Part shown: positions 57,874 through 64,000 of the stretch, one piece after another
How positions within the stretch are numbered: position 1 is the first letter of the stretch
Layout: each line of letters begins with the position of its first letter
NCBI GenBank assembly: GCA_963555815.3
Contig: CAUVWX020000001.1
Coordinates: forward strand, 256,001-320,000
DNA: 64,000 bases
Origin: a bacterium
GTDB lineage: Bacteria > UBA8248 > JACPRG01 > G963555815
Direction of reading: 5' to 3'
Made by a program: the position numbers and the translations under genes
The notes under the pieces: model-generated
Seen by the model: the letters and a program-made list of their open reading frames with translations, nothing else
The model's database searches: none
What the model was told of the DNA's origin: nothing

Positions 57874-58549
57874 GTGGGGGCAGATTCTCGTCGTTGTCGC
57901 CCACGCCGACGACGCGGAGCTCTCCGCCGGGGGGAGCGTCGCCAAGTGGGTGAGCGAAGGGAACTGCGTGGACTATGTGGTGGCAACCAATGGTAATAAG
58001 GGGACGAAAGATTTAGAGCTCTCCCCCCACCGCCTCGCCGAGATACGGGAGGCTGAGCAGCGTGCGGCGGCCGAGGTGCTGGGAGTGCGAGACGTTAACT
58101 TCCTGCTCTACAACGACGGGGAACTTCGTAGCGGCGGGACTTTAGGCGTCCAGCTCGCCATCCTGATCCGCCACTACCGGCCCAGTCTTATTGTCACCCA
58201 TGACCCCTGGCGCCCTTACATGGTCCACCCCGACCACCGGGCCCTGGGTCATACCGTGATAGAGGGCATCGTCGCGGCCCGGGACCACCTCTTCCTCCCC
58301 GCCCTCTCTGTCATCGACCTAAAACCCCACCACACGCCGACGGCCTTCTTTGCCCACCCCGGGGAGCCCAATTACTTTGTGGACATCACCGAAACACTGA
58401 CGAAGAAGATCGAGGCCCTCTCGCGCCACGTGAGCCAGATGGACCGGCTGGGGAACTGGCCCGATTGGATCCGCGACTGGGCCGGCGAGATGGGGCGGAA
58501 AGGGGGCTACACCCACGCCGAGGGCTTCCACAAGATGGAGATGACCTGA
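57866..58549 (+). CDS. PIG-L family deacetylase (MshB/BshB-like)
   Basis: AHADDAE, TNGNKG, REAEQ, HPDH, HVSQ; ATG overlaps the GT stop. Confidence 0.88.
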   Translation: MAEWGQILVVVAHADDAELSAGGSVAKWVSEGNCVDYVVATNGNKGTKDLELSPHRLAEIREAEQRAAAEVLGVRDVNFLLYNDGELRSGGTLGVQLAILIRHYRPSLIVTHDPWRPYMVHPDHRALGHTVIEGIVAARDHLFLPALSVIDLKPHHTPTAFFAHPGEPNYFVDITETLTKKIEALSRHVSQMDRLGNWPDWIRDWAGEMGRKGGYTHAEGFHKMEMT

Positions 58550-59402
58550 GCTGATCAGGAGATGCCTTTGGCCGCCGCGCTTTAGGGCCCTTTTCATAGT
58601 CCAGCAGGTCCCCCAGCACCTCAACCCCCCTCTCTTCCAGCCGTTTTAAGAGGGCAAGAAGGAGACGGGAGGTCGTCCGGGCGTCGAAGAGCGCCCGGTG
58701 ACGCCTTCCGACCCGGAGGCCCAGATGGCCCGCCAGACTGCCCAGCCGGTAGTCCCCGGCGTTTCCAAAAAGTCTTCGGGAGAGACGGCAGGTGCAAAGG
58801 GAGGGATGAGAGAAATCCAGGCCGAGGCGTTTCCCCTCCCACGCAAGGAAGCGAAGGTCGAAGGCGGCGTTGTGGGCCACGAGGACAGCGCCCCGGGCAA
58901 AACGGGAAAAGAGGGGAAGGATCTCGTCGACGGGGGGTTCATCCTGCACCGTGGTGTCGCAGATGCCCGTCAGCCGCTGGACACTCCAGGGGATATAGCG
59001 GCCCGGGTTAACAAGATGCTGAAACTCCTCTAGCGGCTTCCCGCCGCGGACCTTCACGGCCCCAATCTCCGTAATCCGGTCCCCGGGGAGTTTTGAGCCC
59101 GTCGTCTCCAGGTCAAAGATCACAAAGGTAACCCGGTCGAGGAGTCGGTCCCTGGGGTCCTGGGGTTCCCGGGTTCGCCAGAGACCATTTTCTTCGCAGA
59201 CGAAGTTGGCCTCGTGGAGGAGGAATGGGGAAAGGACTTTCTGACTCACGTCGTCCGAGATATCACGGGCTTTTAAAAGACGCATGGCCATGCCTCGGTA
59301 ATTAAGGCCGGCAGGATGCTCTGAGAGCACTTTGGAGAGTTTTGCCTTCAAGGTCCGGGTTCTCCTCTTCGGCTTCCCTCGAATTTTGATTGAGGCGGGC
59401 AC
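58386..59402 (-). CDS. DEDDh 3'-5' exonuclease (DnaQ/PolC exonuclease-like); start and end uncertain
   Basis: FDLETTG, ITEIGAV, VAHNAAFD, HRALFDA. Confidence 0.85.
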   Translation of the reverse strand: MPASIKIRGKPKRRTRTLKAKLSKVLSEHPAGLNYRGMAMRLLKARDISDDVSQKVLSPFLLHEANFVCEENGLWRTREPQDPRDRLLDRVTFVIFDLETTGSKLPGDRITEIGAVKVRGGKPLEEFQHLVNPGRYIPWSVQRLTGICDTTVQDEPPVDEILPLFSRFARGAVLVAHNAAFDLRFLAWEGKRLGLDFSHPSLCTCRLSRRLFGNAGDYRLGSLAGHLGLRVGRRHRALFDARTTSRLLLALLKRLEERGVEVLGDLLDYEKGPKARRPKASPDQLRSSPSCGSPRRGCSPLSAPSRRPSRGSNRASSPAGPSGSRGARGPRSSSSVFR

Positions 59403-59641
59403 TGTAGCAAAATAAAAACGAAAGTGTCAACCCCTAATTTTTCTTCCCCAAATCACCGAAAGAGAACCACCAAAAACGAGGAGGGATGGCGTTGAGGCGG
59501 CCATCGAGCAGAGGGGCACCATGCCTCCCCCTTGCGCCCCTCTGAGGTGGGATATAGAATCAGAAGGTTATGTAGATCATGGAGGGTCCAACACCCGTGG
59601 GTAGGGGTCTCAGACCCCTTTGATACAGGTTAAGGCCAGAA

Positions 59642-59983
59642 ATGTTCGGAATTGGGATGCCCGAGGTTGTCATCATCCTCATTGTGGCCCTTCTCGTGAT
59701 CGGCCCAAAGAAGCTTCCCAGCCTGGCCCGGAGCCTTGGGAAAGGCTTTCGGGAGTTCAAAAAGGCGACCTCAGACCTGCAGTCATCCTTCGATGAAGAT
59801 GACTTCGGAAACATGAACTCAGAGGAACCAAGCTCCGAGAAAGAAGAGACCGAGACCCCCCCCTCCGCCGGAGAAGATTCATCCAAATCAGCCGAGGGGG
59901 CGCCCCCTGAGGCCCGGCTCACTCCTGAGACAGGCCCTTCGGGGAAGGAGATGACGACAGGATCCGAAGAACGTGAAAGGTGA
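59642..59983 (+). CDS. Twin-arginine translocase TatA/TatB
   Basis: MFGIGMPEVVIILIVALLVIGPKKLPSLARSLGKGFREFK. Confidence 0.92.
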   Translation: MFGIGMPEVVIILIVALLVIGPKKLPSLARSLGKGFREFKKATSDLQSSFDEDDFGNMNSEEPSSEKEETETPPSAGEDSSKSAEGAPPEARLTPETGPSGKEMTTGSEERER

Positions 59984-59987
59984 GGCC

Positions 59988-60716
59988 ATGGCGGATGAGA
60001 GGATGCCCTTCACGCAGCACCTGGTCGAGCTGCGAAAGCGAATCGTCATCATCCTGGTTGGTATCGGCGTCGGTTTCATCATCGCCTACAATTTCTCTGC
60101 CGAGATCATATTTTTCCTGAAAGCTCCCTACGCGGATCGTCTCCAGGCCATCAGGCCGACCGAGGCCTTCTTCTCCCATCTCAAGGTCGCCTTTTTGGCC
60201 GGCGTCTTCCTCACCCTTCCCCTCACCCTCTACCACGGCTGGAAGTTTATCGCCCCGGGGCTTCTGGCCCGGGAGAAGAAGTTTACCCTCCCCTTCCTCG
60301 TCTCCTCTGTTGGTCTGTTTGTCCTGGGGGCCGCCTTCTGCTATTTGGTGGTTCTGCCCATCGCGGTTCAATTCCTGGTGGGGGTTGGGGGTGACTTCAT
60401 CGAGAGCCGATGGGCGGTGGGAAGCTATATCTCCTTTGTGACGTGGCTCTTCCTCGCTTTCGGGATCTCCTTTCAGATGCCCTTGGCCTCCATCCTATTG
60501 ACGCGAATGGGCGTCATCAAGCCTTCCACCCTCACCCGAAACCGAAGGTATGCCATCGTCCTCATGTTCGTCATCGGGGCCCTCTTCACCCCGCCCGATA
60601 TCCTGAGCCAGGTCCTCCTGGCAGGACCCCTCCTGGTACTCTATGAGATCAGCATCCTCCTATCCCGCATTGTCTACAGGCGAAGGGTCCTTCGAGAGGC
60701 TCAGCATGAAGCCTAG
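59988..60716 (+). CDS. tatC: Twin-arginine translocase TatC
   Basis: HLVELRKR, FIAPGL…EK, FQMP, TPPD. Confidence 0.95.
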   Translation: MADERMPFTQHLVELRKRIVIILVGIGVGFIIAYNFSAEIIFFLKAPYADRLQAIRPTEAFFSHLKVAFLAGVFLTLPLTLYHGWKFIAPGLLAREKKFTLPFLVSSVGLFVLGAAFCYLVVLPIAVQFLVGVGGDFIESRWAVGSYISFVTWLFLAFGISFQMPLASILLTRMGVIKPSTLTRNRRYAIVLMFVIGALFTPPDILSQVLLAGPLLVLYEISILLSRIVYRRRVLREAQHEA

Positions 60717-60737
60717 AAAATTCGGGAGTTTCCACTC

Positions 60738-61493
60738 TTGAGGGATCGCCTCATCGTCGCCCTAGACGAAGCCGACTTCCAGGCGGCCCGGACAATGGTG
60801 GACCGTGTGGGGGACTCGGTAGGAACCTTCAAGGTTGGCTTTCGGCTCTTCACAGCCTGTGGTCCTCCCCTCATCGAGTGGCTCTGCGAGCAGGGGAAAC
60901 GTGTCTTCCTGGACCTCAAGTTCCACGACATCCCGGCCATCTCGGCCCAGGCGACGTGGGAGGCCGCTCGCCTCGGCGCCTTCATGATAGACGTCCACGC
61001 CTCAGGGGGCCTGGAGATGATGAGGGCCTGCCGTGAAGCCATCGCTTCTGCCGAGCCCCGCCCTCTCCTTCTGGGTGTGACGGTCCTGACCAGCCTCGAT
61101 GAGAGAGACCTTCAAGCCATCGGCGTGTCTCGTCCCATTGAAGAGCAGGCCATCCATCTCACGGGCCTCGCCCTTCAGGCGGGGCTGGATGGAGTCATCG
61201 CCTCCCCGCGGGAGGTTGCAGCCATCCGAAAGCGGTTCGGCAAAGCCTGCCTCATCGTCACTCCTGGCATCCGCCCGGCGGGTCTTGAGAAAAGCTCCGA
61301 TCAGAAGAGGGTGGCGACAGCCCGGGAGGCCCTGGCCGCGGGCGCCGATTATCTTGTGATTGGACGGCCCATCCGGGAGGCAAAAGAGCCGAGAGAAGCG
61401 GCAGACCAGATCTTGAGGGAGATGGACCAAAACCTCCTCAACCCTGAAACCCGGCCCTCCGGCCAGGCTCCATCAGCCCGGCAGCGGTCTTAA
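60738..61493 (+). CDS. pyrF: Orotidine-5'-phosphate decarboxylase
   Basis: VALD, FLDLKFHDIP, VTVLTS, VTPGIR, DQKR, VIGRPI. Confidence 0.95.
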   Translation: MRDRLIVALDEADFQAARTMVDRVGDSVGTFKVGFRLFTACGPPLIEWLCEQGKRVFLDLKFHDIPAISAQATWEAARLGAFMIDVHASGGLEMMRACREAIASAEPRPLLLGVTVLTSLDERDLQAIGVSRPIEEQAIHLTGLALQAGLDGVIASPREVAAIRKRFGKACLIVTPGIRPAGLEKSSDQKRVATAREALAAGADYLVIGRPIREAKEPREAADQILREMDQNLLNPETRPSGQAPSARQRS

Positions 61494-61504
61494 CACAAAT
61501 TAAA

Positions 61505-61783
61505 ATGGCCCAAAGGCAGGCGCGCCTTAAGATCCACGGCCGTGTCCAGGGGGTCGGCTATCGCTTCAGCGCCGAGAGGAGAGCCTCTCGGCTGGGGCTG
61601 AGGGGATGGGTTCGAAACTGTCCCGATGGGACCGTCGAGATCCTCGCGGAGGGAGAAACAAAAGACCTGGAATCCTTTGTGGCCTGGTGCGAAAGGGGGC
61701 CTTTTGGGGCCCGCGTCCAACGAGTGGACTTGTCTTGGGAAGAAGCCAGCGGGGAATATCCCGACTTCAGCATGACCTTCTAG
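61505..61783 (+). CDS. acyP: Acylphosphatase
   Basis: GRVQGVGYR, GWVRN…DGTVE. Confidence 0.93.
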   Translation: MAQRQARLKIHGRVQGVGYRFSAERRASRLGLRGWVRNCPDGTVEILAEGETKDLESFVAWCERGPFGARVQRVDLSWEEASGEYPDFSMTF

Positions 61784-61844
61784 CCGATTTTCTCGGTGGC
61801 CAAGGGAAAAGCAATTTTCCAAAAAGCACCTGGGCTAGCGACCC

Positions 61845-62372
61845 TCAGCGCACAGTGATCGTCCCGAGACCCGCGTCAGCCCCGTCCCCCCCCGTCAGGG
61901 CCCCTGAGATAAAGTAGCGGTAGTCGCCGGGCTGGAGGCAGGCGAGGGAGGCGACCGCCCCTGGCGGATAGGTATTTGAGGTGTAGGTGCCGTCCGGCGC
62001 TAGGAAAAACCGGGTGGGGGCCTGGCATCGCACCGCCACATCACTCCCTTGCGAGAAGACAACGGTGACGTGTCCCTGGGTCCCATTCAGCCAGATGACA
62101 GTGGTGCCGGCACTGATGCTCAGCTCGGGCGGAAAGACCCCTCTCGGCTCAATCCGAACGATGATCGATTTGCCAAATCCAGGCGCCTCGAGAGGCTGGG
62201 CGAAGAGGCCCTGCGACCCAAACACCAGGATGACGAGCAGGCATATCCCCGACATGGCCCAAAGAGGCGACCGGCTCTTGAGATTTATGTCCAGGCGTCT
62301 CGACCAGAAAGCCCGCATCCCCTTGAGGGAACCACGGAGGGTGCCTTTTGGTTCTGCGGATTCCCTTTTCAT
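61845..62372 (-). CDS. Exported cupredoxin-like hypothetical protein (start uncertain)
   Basis: Hydrophobic signal region, then PPELSISAGTTVIWLN…PGDYRY; no clear type-1 Cu ligand set. Confidence 0.55.
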   Translation of the reverse strand: MKRESAEPKGTLRGSLKGMRAFWSRRLDINLKSRSPLWAMSGICLLVILVFGSQGLFAQPLEAPGFGKSIIVRIEPRGVFPPELSISAGTTVIWLNGTQGHVTVVFSQGSDVAVRCQAPTRFFLAPDGTYTSNTYPPGAVASLACLQPGDYRYFISGALTGGDGADAGLGTITVR

Positions 62373-63685
62373 GAACGTGACCATCGCTCCTCGCCATCCC
62401 ATGTAGATCCCCAGAGGGGACGAAGGCAGACCTCCTCCCCCCGGTCCGGACCGGTCGAGACCAAGACAAGCTCGACCCCGAGACCTTCTACGATCACATC
62501 CAGATAGCGCTTGGCCCGGCCCGGGAGGTCCTCAAACCGGTTCGTCCCCAACGTGCTGCGCTTCCAGCCGGGAAACTCCTGGTAGATGGGCTCAGCCTCA
62601 GTCCAGACCGCCGGCTCCTCCGGCAGATGACGGAGGGTCTTCCCCCGCCATCGATAGGCCTCACAGACCTTCACCGTCTCGAAGGAGTCTAGGGCGTCTA
62701 GCTTTGTGATGGCAAGGCCGTCCACGCCATTGACCCAGATCGCATGGCGAAGGGCCACGAGGTCGATCCAGCCACACCTCCTGGGCCGCCCTGTGGTGGC
62801 CCCGTACTCCTTGCCCCGCTCCCGCATCTCCTCCCCAAGAGGCCCTGAGACCTCCGTGGGGAAGGGGCCCGAGCCGACCCGGGTGGTATAAGCCTTGACC
62901 ACGCTCAGGACCCGGTTGATCTGGCTGGACGGAAGCCCGAGGCTCGTCACAGCCCCCCCTGAGACCGTGTGAGACGAAGTCACGTAGGGATAAGTGCCGT
63001 GATCGACGTCAAGGAGGGTGCCCTGGGCCCCCTCCAGGAGAATGGCTGAACCTCGCTGACAGCCCTCCCGAAGCTCTGTCTCCACATCGGCCAAGAAGGG
63101 ACGAAGGCGCTGGCCAAATTCAACGTAGGCATTGAAAATCTCCTCAAAGGACGCATCATCGCCCGTCAGGCCATGGCCCCTTTTGAGGCGAAAGCAGAGG
63201 GAGAGGCGCTCTTTGAAGAGGGGCGGATCGAGGAGGTCGAAAACCCGGATGCCGATCCGGGCTGCCCGGTCAGCATAGGCAGGGCCAATGCCGCGGCCCG
63301 TGGTTCCGATCCGGTCTCCACCTCGGGCGGCTTCAATGAAGGCCTCCTCGGCGCGATGGTAGGGCAGGATCACATGGGCCTTCCCACTTAGCCCCAGGTG
63401 CGAGCTCACCTCGATCCCTGCGGCCTGAAGATCAGCCACCTCCTGAAAGAAGCTGTCCGGGTCCAGGACGACACCCGGGCCGATCAGGCATCGAGCCTGC
63501 TTGTGAAGGATGCCAGAGGGAATGAGATGGAGGACAAGAGGGCAACCTTTCCGAGAAATAGTGTGCCCTGCGTTCGCCCCCCCCTGAAAGCGTACCACCA
63601 GGTCAGCACCCTCGGAGAAGAGGTCGACAATCTTGCCCTTTCCTTCATCCCCCCACTGGGCGCCGACGATGGCCACGACGGGCAT
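62369..63685 (-). CDS. purA: Adenylosuccinate synthetase
   Basis: GAQWGDEGKGK, QGGANAGHT, GTTGRGIGPAY, EGAQG, GTYPYVTSS, ATTGRPRRCGW. Confidence 0.96.
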   Translation of the reverse strand: MPVVAIVGAQWGDEGKGKIVDLFSEGADLVVRFQGGANAGHTISRKGCPLVLHLIPSGILHKQARCLIGPGVVLDPDSFFQEVADLQAAGIEVSSHLGLSGKAHVILPYHRAEEAFIEAARGGDRIGTTGRGIGPAYADRAARIGIRVFDLLDPPLFKERLSLCFRLKRGHGLTGDDASFEEIFNAYVEFGQRLRPFLADVETELREGCQRGSAILLEGAQGTLLDVDHGTYPYVTSSHTVSGGAVTSLGLPSSQINRVLSVVKAYTTRVGSGPFPTEVSGPLGEEMRERGKEYGATTGRPRRCGWIDLVALRHAIWVNGVDGLAITKLDALDSFETVKVCEAYRWRGKTLRHLPEEPAVWTEAEPIYQEFPGWKRSTLGTNRFEDLPGRAKRYLDVIVEGLGVELVLVSTGPDRGEEVCLRPLWGSTWDGEERWSRS

Positions 63686-64000
63686 GGCGCTTCTCCATCC
63701 GGCGAAGCTCCGCCAAAAGAAGGGGCGGCTTGGTGACAACGTCCTGGTCGAGGACCAGGTCTCGAAGCAAGATGCAGCCAGTTGGGACACTTCGGTGGCC
63801 GAGAAGGAGGGCGAAGGAGGTCCCCGTCTCGCGAGCGTATTGAAGGGAGTCGGCGAGATCCCTTCGGATGATGTCCCGGGCCACCCGATAACCCTTCTCC
63901 CGCAGGTTCCTCGCAAGGGCGAGGGCGCGCCTCTTGTCCTTGGAGAAATCTATCAGGATGACCTCAGGGGCATCGACAGCCTCATCGGCCCCTTTTCCCC
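63645..64000 (-). CDS. hisZ: 3' end of probable ATP phosphoribosyltransferase regulatory subunit (partial)
   Basis: ALALARNLREKGYRVARDIIRRDLADSLQYAR resembles a HisZ C-terminal domain and lies directly upstream of purA, a known gene order. Confidence 0.65.
   Translation of the reverse strand, partial: GKGADEAVDAPEVILIDFSKDKRRALALARNLREKGYRVARDIIRRDLADSLQYARETGTSFALLLGHRSVPTGCILLRDLVLDQDVVTKPPLLLAELRRMEKRHARRGHRRRPVGG

Noticed and set aside
63686..63916. N-terminal extension of purA
   Set aside because: Overlaps the hisZ-like 3' end; PurA motifs start at ATG 63685.
1..64000. Complete reassignment of TAG to a sense codon
   Set aside because: phnD, nadE, nfo, acyP, tatC, the M20 peptidase and others end at TAG at their expected C-termini.

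Overview
High-GC bacterial chromosome segment. The hisZ-purA and tatA/tatC-pyrF-acyP arrangement looks Desulfobacterota/Nitrospinota-like, but taxonomy cannot be fixed from sequence alone. Most of the window is housekeeping and metabolic genes: class III aminotransferase plus ALDH, a PhnDCEE/selenate-type ABC transporter, bioD, aspA/fumC, M20 peptidase, dinB, trxB, an orphan nuoI, Nfo, rsmI, nadE, a Na+-pumping methylmalonyl-CoA-type decarboxylase operon, oppDF, tat, pyrF, purA and hisZ. The main accessory feature is a ~12.2 kb decaying island (21935-34150) at the 3' end of tRNA-Asn(GTT), bounded by a TGGCTCCCC direct repeat with homologous terminator hairpins. It carries a broken large serine recombinase, phage-satellite-like genes, an IS3 remnant and a defence-like cassette: a type III-like Res split by one TAG just before its nuclease domain, an intact Mod with an AT-rich central region, a membrane protein and a RelE-like/UvrD fusion pseudogene. 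Other notable items are a GT4 glycosyltransferase-SAM methyltransferase fusion missed by the ORF track, a GNAT/MshA-like/PIG-L operon suggesting a mycothiol-like pathway without mshC, a WYL regulator, a poly-C frameshifted gene, a probable ATC start codon and several in-frame TAG stops. All family calls are by motif recognition; no searches were run.
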